This document shows positions 1 through 11,300 of a stretch of 64,000 nt of DNA, piece after piece. The notes under the pieces were generated by a model. It was not told the DNA's origin and searched no databases. It worked only from the letters and a program-made list of their open reading frames with translations. The stretch comes from Eledone cirrhosa (Eukaryota), in assembly GCA_964016885.1 (NCBI GenBank), contig OZ024742.1, positions 168,268,001 through 168,332,000 on the forward strand. Direction: 5' to 3'. Within the stretch, counting starts at the first letter, position 1. The number at the start of each line of letters is the position of its first letter. Both the position numbers and the translations under genes were made by a program.

Positions 1-1175
1 AAATCCATTAAAAAAAATCCATTTAAAAAAAATTCATTAAAAAATCCATTAAAAATCCATTAAAAATCCATTAAAAATCCATTAAAAATCCATTAAAAAT
101 CCATTAAAAAATCCATTTAAAAAACCCATTAAAAAAAGCATTAAAAAATCCATTTAAAAAATCCATTAAAAAAAATCCATTTAAAACAACCCATTAAAAA
201 AAATCCATTAAAAAAAACCCATTAAAAAAATCCATTAAAAAAATCCATTTAAAAAATCCATTAAAAAAAATCCATTAAAAAAAATCCATAAAAAAATCCA
301 TTAAAAAAATCCATTAAAAATCCATTAAAAAAAATCCATTAAAAATCCATTAAAAAAAATCCATTTAAAAAAGCCATTAAAAAATCCATTAAAAATCCAT
401 TAAAAATCCATTAAAAAACCCATTAAAAAATCCATTTAAAAAATCCATTAAAAAAATCCATTAAAAAAAATCCATTTAAAAAAACCCATTAAAAAAAATC
501 CATTAAAAAAATCCATTAGAAAATCCATTAAAAAAATCCATTAAAAAAAATCGATAAAAAAAATCCATTAAAAAAAATCCATTAAAAAAAAATCCGTTAA
601 AAAAAATCCATTAAAAAAAAATCCGTTAAAAAAAATCCATTAAAAGCTCAATCAAAAACCCATTAAAAACGCCATAAAAAATCATTAAAATCCCATTAAA
701 GATACATTAAAGGCCCATTAAAAACGCCATAAAAAATCCATTAAAAAAATCCATTAAAAAAAACTCAATCAAAAACCCATAAAAGAAACATTAAAACAGC
801 ATTTAAAAAATCCATTAAAAATCCATTAAAAAAATCCATTTAAAAAACCCATTAAAAAAAATCCATAAAAAAAAACTCAATCAAAAACCCATAAAAGAAA
901 CATTAAAACAGCATTTAAAAAATCCATTAAAAAAATCCATTAAAAAAAATCCATTAAAAAAAATCCATTAAAAAAAACCCATTAAAAAAAATCCATTTAA
1001 AAAATCCATTTAAAAAATCCATTAAAAAAAATCCATTAAAAAAAATCCATAAAAAAATGCATTAAAAAAATCCATTAAAAAAATCCATTAAAAAAAATCC
1101 ATTAAAAATCCATTAAAAAAATCCATTTAAAAAAATCCATTAAAAAAAAATCCGTTAAAAAAAATCCATTAAAAA

Positions 1176-1305
1176 CTCAATCAAAAACCCAATTAAAAGG
1201 CCATAAAAGAAACATTAAAACAGCATTTAAAATACCATTAAAAACGCCATAAAAAATCATTAAAATCCCATTAAAAATACATTAAAGGCCCATTAAAAAC
1301 GCCAT
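1176..1305 (+). repeat. Diverged cassette, un-inserted (empty-site) form, copy 1
   Basis: Reads ctcaatcaaaaacccaattaaaaggccataaaagaaacattaaaacagcatttaaaataccattaaaaacgccataaaaaatcattaaaatcccattaaaaatacattaaaggcccattaaaaacgccat, with a single aatcattaaaat at 1255-1266. Confidence 0.93.
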
Positions 1306-1379
1306 AAAAAATCCATTAAAAAAAATCCATTAAAAAAAATCCATTAAAAAAAAATCCGTTAAAAAAAATCGATTAAAAA

Positions 1380-1509
1380 CTCAATCAAAAACCCAATTAA
1401 AAGGCCATAAAAGAAACATTAAAACAGCATTTAAAATACCATTAAAAACGCCATAAAAAATCATTAAAATCCCATTAAAAATACATTAAAGGCCCATTAA
1501 AAACGCCAT
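1380..1509 (+). repeat. Diverged cassette, un-inserted form, copy 2 (204 bp after copy 1)
   Basis: Same sequence as 1176-1305, again with no T-rich insertion. Confidence 0.93.
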
Positions 1510-2015
1510 AAAAAATCCATTAAAAAAAACTCAATCAAAAACCCATAAAAGAAACATTAAAACAGCATTTAAAAAACCCATTAAAAATTCATTAAAAAAA
1601 TCCATTTAAAAAATCCATTAAAAATCCATTAAAAATCCATTAAAAATCCATTAAAAATCCAATAAAAATTCATTAAAAAATCCATTTAAAAAAATCCATT
1701 AAAAAAATCCATTAAAAAATCCATTTAAAAAATCCATTTAAAAAATCCATAAAAAAATCCATTAAAAAAATCCATTAAAAATCCATTAAAAATCCATTAA
1801 AAAATCCATTAAAAAAACCCATTTAAAAAATCCAAAAAAATCCATTTAAAAAATCCATTAAAAAAAATCCATTTAAAAAAACCCATTAAAAAAAATCCAT
1901 TAAAAAAATCCATTTAAAAAATCCATTTAAAAAAATCCATTAAAAAAATCCATAAAAAAAATCCATTAAAAAAAATCCATTAAAAAAAAATCCGTTAAAG
2001 AAAATCCATTAAAAA

Positions 2016-2213
2016 CTCAATCAAAAACCCAATTAAAAGGCCATAAAAGAAACATTAAAACAGCATTTAAAATACCATTAAAAACGCCATAAAAAATCAT
2101 TAAAATTGTTTTTTATGAAATTTATAATATGGCTTTTAATGAACTTTTTAATGGGCTTTTAGAATCATTAAAATCCCATTAAAAATACATTAAAGGCCCA
2201 TTAAAAACGCCAT
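2016..2213 (+). repeat. Full ~198-bp diverged cassette carrying the inverted insertion (representative of 33 copies)
   Basis: Identical to 1176-1305 plus 68 extra bp (56-bp insert and a duplicated 12-mer). Preceded by a TCCGTT variant monomer. Confidence 0.95.
2107..2162 (-). repeat. 56-bp inverted satellite-derived insertion flanked by the direct repeat aatcattaaaat (2095-2106 and 2163-2174)
   Basis: Sequence is tgttttttatgaaatttataatatggcttttaatgaa(c/t)tttttaatgggcttttag; its reverse complement reads as degenerate monomers. Copy starts: 2107, 2853, 4597, 7509, 8946, 12118, 13627, 15146, 16217, 17818, 19751, 21362, 22870, 23952, 28090, 29377, 33087, 34169, 35769, 38604, 40099, 42185, 43680, 45771, 47279, 48926, 50433, 52342, 54005, 55459, 57140, 59910, 63011. 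Confidence 0.95.
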
Positions 2214-5200
2214 AAAAAATCCATTAAAAAAAATCCATTAAAAAAAAATTCAATCAAAAACCCATAAAAGAAACATTAAAACAGCATTAAAAAAACCCAT
2301 AAAAAATTCATTAAAAAAATCCATTTAAAAAATCCATTAAAAATCCATTAAAAATCCATTAAAAATCCATTAAAAATATATTAAAAACCCATTAAAAAAA
2401 ATCCATTAAAAAAATCCATTTAAAAAATCCATTAAAAAAAATCCATTAAAAAAATCCATAAAAAAATCCATTAAAAAAATCCATTAAAAATCCATTAAAA
2501 AAAATCCATTTAAAAAAGCCATTAAAAAATCCATTAAAAATCCATTAAAAATCCATTTAAAAAACCCATTAAAAAATCCATTAAAAAAATCCATTTAAAA
2601 AATCCATTAAAAAAAATCCATTAAAAAAAACCCATTAAAAAAATCCATTAAAAAAATCCATTTAAAAAATCCATTAAAAAAAATCCATTAAAAAAATCCA
2701 TAAAAAAATCCATTAAAAAAAATCCATTAAAAAAAAATCCGTTAAAAAAATCCATTAAAAACTCAATCAAAAACCCAATTAAAAGGCCATAAGAGAAACA
2801 TTAAAACAGCATTTAAAATACCATTAAAAACGCCATAAAAAATCATTAAAATTGTTTTTTATGAAATTTATAATATGGCTTTTAATGAATTTTTTAATGG
2901 GCTTTTAGAATCATTAAAATCCCATTAAAAATACATTAAAGGCCCATTAAAAACGCCATAAAAAATCCATTAAAAAAAAATTCAATCAAAAACCCATAAA
3001 AGAAACATTAAAACAGCATTTAAAAAACCCATTAAAAATTCATTAAAAAAATCCATTAAAAAAATCCATTTAAAAAAATCCATTAAAAAATCCATTAAAA
3101 ACCCATTAAAAATCCATTAAAAATCCATTAAAAATCCATTAAAAAATCCATTTAAAAAACCCATTAAAAAAATCCATTAAAAAATCCATTTAAAAATCCA
3201 TTAAAAAAAATCCATTTAAAAAACCCATTAAAAAAAATCCATTAAAAAAATCCATTTAAAAAATCCATAAAAAAAAATCCATAAAAAAAATCCATTAAAA
3301 AAAATCCATTAAAAAAAAAATCCGTTAAAAAAAATCCATTAAAAATCCATTAAAAATCCATTAAAAATCCATTAAAAATCCATTAAAAATCCATTTAAAA
3401 AAATCCATTAAAAAAATCCATTAAAAAAATCCATTTAAAAAATCCATTAAAAAAAATCCATTAAAAAAAATCCATTAAAAAAAATCCATTAAAAAAAAAT
3501 CAATTTAAAAAAATCCATTAAAAATCCATTAAAAAAATCCATTTAAAAAAATCCATTAAAAACCCATTAAAAATCCATTAAAAATCCATTAAAAAATCCA
3601 TTTAAAAAATCCATTAAAAAAAAATCCATTAAAAAAAACCCATTAAAAAAAATCCATTAAAAAAATCCATTTAAAAAATCCATTAAAAAAAATCCATTAA
3701 AAAAATCCATTAAAAAATCCATTAAAAATCCATTAAAAATCCATTAAAAAATCCATTTAAAAAAATCCATTAAAAAAATCCATTTAAAAAATCCATTAAA
3801 AAATCCATTTAAAAAATCCATTAAAAAATCCATTTAAAAAAATCCATTAAAAAAATCCATTTAAAAAATCCATTAAAAAATCCATTTAAAAAATCCATTA
3901 AAAATCCATTAAAAAAATCCATTTAAAAAATCCATTAAAAAATCCATTAAAAATCCATTAAAAATCCATTAAAAAATCCATTTAAAAAAATCCATTAAAA
4001 AAATCCATTTAAAAAATCCATTAAAAAATCCATTTAAAAAATCCATTAAAAAAAATGCATTAAAAAAAACCATTAAAAAATCCATTAAAAAAAATCCCAT
4101 TAAAAATACATTAAAGGCCCATTAAAAACGCCATAAAAAATCCATTAAAAAAATCCATTAAAAAAAAACTCAATCAAAAACCCATAAAAGAAACATTAAA
4201 ACAGCATTTAAAAAATCCATTAAAAAAATCCATTTAAAAAAATCCATTAAAAAATCCATTAAAAATCCATTAAAAATCCATTAAAAATCCATTAAAAATC
4301 CATTAAAAAATCCATTAAAAATCCATTAAAAATCCATTAAAAATCCATTAAAAAATCCATTTAAAAAAATCCATTAAAAAAATCCATTAAAAAATCCATT
4401 TAAAAAATCCATTTAAAAAAATCCATTAAAAAAAATCCATAAAAAAAAAATCCATTAAAAAAAATCCATTAAAAAAAAAATCCGTTAAAAAAAATCCATT
4501 AAAAACTCAATCAAACACCCAATTAAAAGGCCATAAAAGAAACATTAAAACAGCATTTAAAATACCATTAAAAACGCCATAAAAAATCATTAAAATTGTT
4601 TTTTATGAAATTTATAATATGGCTTTTAATGAACTTTTTAATGGGCTTTTAGAATCATTAAAATCCCATTAAAAATACATTAAAGGCCCATTAAAAACGC
4701 CATAAAAAATCCATTAAAAAAAATCCATTAAAAAAAAATTCAATCAAAAACCCATAAAAGAAACATTAAAACAGCATTTAAAAAACCCATTAAAAATTCA
4801 TTAAAAAAATCCATTTAAAAAATCCATTAAAAATCCATTAAAAATCCATTAAAAATCCATTAAAAATCCATTAAAAATAATCCATTAAAAAAAAATTCAA
4901 TCAAAAACCCATAAAAGAAACATTAAAACAGCATTTAAAAAATCCATTAAAAAAAATCCATTTAAAAAAATCCATTAAAAAAGCCATTAAAAATCCATTA
5001 AAAATCCATTTAAAAAATCCATTAAAAAAAAATCCATTAAAAAAAATCCATTAAAAATCCATTAAAAAAATCCATTTAAAAAAATCCATTAAAAAATCCA
5101 TTAAAAATCCATTAAAAATCCATTAAAAAATCCATTTAAAAAACCCATTAAAAAAATCCATTTAAAAAATCCATTAAAAAAAATCCATTTAAAAAAACCC

Positions 5201-5361
5201 ATTAAAAAAAATCCATTAAGAAAATCCATTTAAAAAATCCATTAAAAAAAATATATTAAAAAAAATCCATAAAAAAAAATCCATTAAAAAAAAATCCATT
5301 AAAAAAAAATCCGTTAAAAAAAATCCATTAAAAAAAAATCCGTTAAAAAAATCCATTAAAA

Positions 5362-8300
5362 GCTCAATCCCATTAAAAACGCCATAAAAATCATAAAAAT
5401 CCAATTAAAGATACATTAAAGGCCCATTAAAAACGCCATAAAAAATCCATTAAAAAAAACTCAATCAAAAACCCATAAAAGAAACATTAAAACAGCATTT
5501 AAAAAATCCATTAAAAATCCATTAAAAAAATCCATTTAATAAAATCCATTAAAAAATCCATTAAAAATCCATTAAAAATCCATTAAAAATCCATTAAAAG
5601 TCCATTAAAAATCCATTAAAATACCCATTTAAAAAAATCCATTAAAAAAATCCATTAAAAAAATCCATTAAAAAAGGCCATTAAAAAAATCCATTAAAAA
5701 AAGCCATTAAAAAAATCCATTAAAAAAAAATCCATTAAAAATCCATTAAAAAAATCCATTAAAAAAAATCCATTAAAAACCCATTAAAAATCCATTAAAA
5801 AATCCATTAAAAAACCCATTAAAAAAATCCATTAAAAAAATCCATTTAAAAAATCCATAAAAAAAAAATCCATTTAAAAAACCCATTAAAAAAAATCCAT
5901 TAAAAAAATCCATTTAAAAAAATCCATTAAAAAAATCCATTAAAAAAATCCATTTAAAAAATCCATAAAAAAAACCCATTAAAAAAAATCCATTAAAAAA
6001 AAAATCCATTAAAAAAAATCCATTAAAAAAAATCCATTAAAAATCCATTAAAAAAAATCCATTAAAAAAAAATTCATTAAAAAATCCATTAAAAATCCAT
6101 TAAAAATCCACTTAAAAAAATCCATTTAAAAAATCCATTTAAAAAACCCATTACAAAAAATACATTAAAAAAAATCCATAAAAAAAAAAGCCATTAAAAA
6201 AAATCCATTAAAAAAAATCTATTAAAAATCCATTAAAAATCCATTAAAAATCCATTAAAAATCCATTAAAAATCCATTAAAAATCCATTAAAAATCCATT
6301 AAAAATCCATTAAAATCCATTAAAAATCCATTAAAAATCCATTAAAAATCCATTAAAAATCCATTAAAAATCCATTAAAAATCCATTAAAAAATCCATTT
6401 AAGAAAATCCATTAAAAAATCCATTAAAAAATCCATTTAAAAAATCCATTAAAAAATCCATTAAAAAAAAATTCATTAAAAAAAAAATCCATTAAAAAAA
6501 ATCAATTTAAAAAAATCCATTAAAAATCCATTAAAAAAATCCATTTAAAAAAATCCATTAAAAACCCATTAAAAACCCATTAAAAATCCATTAAAAATCC
6601 ATTTAAAAAACCCATTAAAAAAAATCCATTAAAAAAAATCCATTTAAAAAATCCATTAAAAAAAATCCATTAAAAAAACCCATTAAAAAAATCCATTAAA
6701 AAAATCCATTTAAAAAATCCATTAAAAAAAATTCATTAAAAAAAAATCCATAAAAAAATCCATTAAAAAAATCCATTAAAAAAAATCCATTAAAAAAAAT
6801 CCATTAAAAATCCATTAAAAAAATCCATTTAAAAAAATCCATTAAAAAATCCATTAAAAAACCCATTAAAAATCCATTAAAAATCCATTAAAAATCCATT
6901 AAAAATCCATTTAAAAAACCCATTAAAAAAATCCATTTAAAAAACCCATTAAAAAAAGCCATTAAAAAATCCATTTAAAAAATCCATTAAAAAAAATCCA
7001 TTTAAAACAACCCATTAAAAAAAATCCATTAAAAAAAAACCCATTAAAAAAAATCCATTAAAAAAATCCATTTAAAAAATCCATTAAAAAAAATCCATTA
7101 AAAAAAATCCATAAAAAAATCCATTAAAAAAATCCATTAAAAATCCATTAAAAAAAATCCATTTAAAAAAGCCATTAAAAAATCCATTAAAAATCCATTA
7201 AAAATCCATTTAAAAAACCCATTAAAAAATCCATTAAAAAAATCCATTTAAAAAATCCATTAAAAAAAATCCATTTAAAAAAACCCATTAAAAAAAATCC
7301 ATTAAAAAAATCCATTTAAAAAATCCATTAAAAAAAATCCATTAAAAAAATCCATAAAAAAAATCCATTAAAAAAAATCCATTAAAAAAAAATCCGTTAA
7401 AAAAAATCCATTAAAAACTCAATCAAAAACCCAATTAAAAGGCCATAAAAGAAACATTAAAACAGCATTTAAAATACCATTAAAAACGCCATAAAAAATC
7501 ATTAAAATTGTTTTTTATGAAATTTATAATATGGCTTTTAATGAATTTTTTAATGGGCTTTTAGAATCATTAAAATCCCATTAAAAATACATTAAAGGCC
7601 CATTAAAAACGCCATAAAAAATCCATTAAAAAAATCCATTAAAAAAAACTCAATCAAAAACCCATAAAAGAAACATTAAAACAGCATTTAAAAAATCCAT
7701 TAAAAATCCATTAAAAAAAAATCCATTAAAAAAATCCATTAAAAATCCATTAAAAAAATCCATTTAAAAAAATCCATTAAAAAATCCATTAAAAACCCAT
7801 TAAAAATCCATTAAAAATCCATTAAAAATCCATTAAAAAATCCATTTAAAAAACCCATTAAAAAAATCCATTAAAAAATCCATTTAAAAATCCATTAAAA
7901 AAAATCCATTTAAAAAAACCCATTAAAAAAAATCCATTAAAAAAATCCATTTAAAAAATCCATAAAAAAAAATCCATAAAAAAAATCCATTAAAAAAAAT
8001 CCATTAAAAAAAAAATCCGTTAAAAAAAATCCATTAAAAATCCATTAAAAATCCATTAAAAATCCATTAAAAATCCATTAAAAAAATCCATTTAAAAAAA
8101 TCCATTAAAAACCCATTAAAAATCCATTAAAAAATCCATTAAAAAACCCATTAAAAAAAATCCATTAAAAAAATCCATTAAAAAAATCCATTAAAAAAAA
8201 TCCATTAAAAAAATCCATTTAAAAAATCCATTAAAAAAATCCATTAAAAAAAACTCAATCAAAAACCCATAAAAGAAACATTAAAACAGCATTTAAAAAA

Positions 8301-11300
8301 TCCATTAAAAATCCATTAAAAAAATCCATTTAAAAAATCCATTAAAAAATCCATTAAAAATCCATTAAAAATCCATTAAAAAATCCATTTAAAAAAATCC
8401 ATTAAAAAAATCCATTTAAAAAATCCATTAAAAAATCCATTTAAAAAATCCATTAAAAAAAATCCATTAAAAAAAACCATTAAAAAATCCATTAAAAAAA
8501 ATCCCATTAAAAATACATTAAAGGCCCATTAAAAACGCCATAAAAAATCCATTAAAAAAAAACTCAATCAAAAACCCATAAAAGAAACATTAAAACAGCA
8601 TTTAAAAAACCCATTAAAAATTCATTAAAAAAAATCCATTTAAAAAATCCATTAAAAAATACATTAAAAATCCATTAAAAATCCATTAAAAATCCATTAA
8701 AAAATCCAATTAAAAAAATCCATTAAAAAAATCCATTAAAAAATCCATTTAAAAAATCCATTAAAAAAAATCCATTAAAAAAAATCCATTAAAAAAAAAT
8801 CCATTAAAAAAAATCCATTAAAAAAAAAATCCGTTAAAAAAAATCCATTAAAAACTCAATCAAAAACCCAATTAAAAGGCCATAAAAGAAACATTAAAAC
8901 AGCATTTAAAATACCATTAAAAACGCCATAAAAAATCATTAAAATTGTTTTTTATGAAATTTATAATATGGCTTTTAATGAACTTTTTAATGGGCTTTTA
9001 GAATCATTAAAATCCCATTAAAAATACATTAAAGGCCCATTAAAAACGCCATAAAAAATCCATTAAAAAAAATCCATTAAAAAAAATTCAATCAAAAACC
9101 CATAAAAGAAACATTAAAACAGCATTTAAAAAACCCATTAAAAATTCATTAAAAAAATCCATTTAAAAAATCCATTAAAAATCCATTAAAAATCCATTAA
9201 AAATCCATTAAAAATATATTAAAAATCCATTAAAAAAAATCCATTAAAAAAATCCATTTAAAAAAATCCATTAAAAACCCATTAAAAATTCATTAAAAAA
9301 TCCATTTAAAAACCCATTAAAAAAAATCCATTAAAAAAATACATTTAAAAAATCCATTAAAAAAAAATCCATTAAAAAAACCCATTAAAAAAAATCCATT
9401 AAAAAAATCCATTTAAAAAATCCATTAAAAAAAATCCATTAAAAAAAATCCATTAAAAGCTCAATCAAAAACCCATTAAAAACGCCATAAAAAATCATTA
9501 AAATCCCATTAAAAATACATTAAAGGCCCATTAAAAACGCCATAAAAAATCAATTGAAAAAATCCATTAAAAAAAAACTCAATCAAAAACCCATAAAAGA
9601 AACATTAAAACAGCATTTAAAAATCCATTAAAAATCCATTAAAAATCCATTAAAAATCCATTAAAAATTCATTAAAAAATCCATTTAAAAAACCCATTTA
9701 AAAAACCATTTAAAAAATCCATTAAAAAAAATCCATTTAAAAAAACCCATTAAGAAAAATCCATTAAAAATCCATTAAAAAAAATCCATTTAAAAAAATT
9801 CATTAAAAAATCCATTAAAAATCCATTAAAAATCCATTAAAAATCCATTAAAAATCCATTAAAAAATCCATTTAAAAAACCCATTAAAAAAAGCCATTAA
9901 AAAATCCATTTAAAAAATCCATTAAAAAAAATCCAGTTAAAACAACCCATTAAAAAAAATCCATTAAAAGCTCAATCCCATTAAAAACGCCATAAAAATC
10001 ATAAAAATCCAATTAAAGATACATTAAAGGCCCATTAAAAACGCCATAAAAAATCCATTAAAAAAAACTCAATCAAAAACCCATAAAAGAAACATTAAAA
10101 CAGCATTTAAAAAATCCATTAAAAATCCATTAAAAAAATCCATTTAATAAAATCCATTAAAAAATCCATTAAAAATCCATTAAAAATCCATTAAAAATCC
10201 ATTAAAAGTCCATTAAAAATCCATTAAAATACCCATTTAAAAAAATCCATTAAAAAAATCCATTAAAAAAATCCATTAAAAAAGGCCATTAAAAAAATCC
10301 ATTAAAAAAAGCCATTAAAAAAATCCATTAAAAAAAAATCCATTAAAAATCCATTAAAAAAATCCATTAAAAAAAATCCATTAAAAACCCATTAAAAATC
10401 CATTAAAAAATCCATTAAAAAACCCATTAAAAAAAATCCATTAAAAAAATCCATTTAAAAAATCCATAAAAAAAAAATCCATTTAAAAAACCCATTAAAA
10501 AAAATCCATTAAAAAAATCCATTTAAAAAAATCCATTAAAAAAATCCATTAAAAAAATCCATTTAAAAAATCCATAAAAAAAACCCATTAAAAAAAATCC
10601 ATTAAAAAAAAAATCCATTAAAAAAAATCCATTAAAAAAAATCCATTAAAAATCCATTAAAAAAAATCCATTAAAAAAAAATTCATTAAAAAATCCATTA
10701 AAAATCCATTAAAAATCCACTTAAAAAAATCCATTTAAAAAATCCATTTAAAAAACCCATTACAAAAAATACATTAAAAAAAATCCATAAAAAAAAAAGC
10801 CATTAAAAAAAATCCATTAAAAAAAATCTATTAAAAATCCATTAAAAATCCATTAAAAATCCATTAAAAATCCATTAAAAATCCATTAAAAATCCATTAA
10901 AAATCCATTAAAAATCCATTAAAATCCATTAAAAATCCATTAAAAATCCATTAAAAATCCATTAAAAATCCATTAAAAATCCATTAAAAATCCATTAAAA
11001 AATCCATTTAAGAAAATCCATTAAAAAATCCATTAAAAAATCCATTTAAAAAATCCATTAAAAAATCCATTAAAAAAAAATTCATTAAAAAAAAAATCCA
11101 TTAAAAAAAATCAATTTAAAAAAATCCATTAAAAATCCATTAAAAAAATCCATTTAAAAAAATCCATTAAAAACCCATTAAAAACCCATTAAAAATCCAT
11201 TAAAAATCCATTTAAAAAACCCATTAAAAAAAATCCATTAAAAAAAATCCATTTAAAAAATCCATTAAAAAAAATCCATTAAAAAAACCCATTAAAAAAA

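Noticed and set aside
1991-2010. TCCGTT variant as a CENP-B box
   Set aside because: It does not match the NTTCGNNNNANNCGGGN core; no CGGG is seen.
2121-2132. TATAAT/TATA-like motif followed by ATG in the insert (tttataatatgg)
   Set aside because: Expected by chance in AT-rich DNA. The ATG reads ATG GCT TTT AAT GAA CTT TTT AAT GGG CTT TTA GAA TCA TTA AAA TCC CAT TAA (17 codons), with no other support for a promoter or peptide.
2107-2162. Insertion as a MITE or SINE
   Set aside because: It has no terminal inverted repeats or Pol III boxes, and all 33 copies sit in the same flanking site, so they spread by array duplication rather than independent transposition.
5216-5404. 62-aa minus-strand ORF (MDFYDFYGVFNG...)
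   Set aside because: It is a translation of the satellite. Nearly every monomer supplies an ATG and a TAA on the minus strand, and the frame stays open only by chance of run lengths. The product is low-complexity F/L/M/D/N, and homologous segments elsewhere give no ORF in the track.
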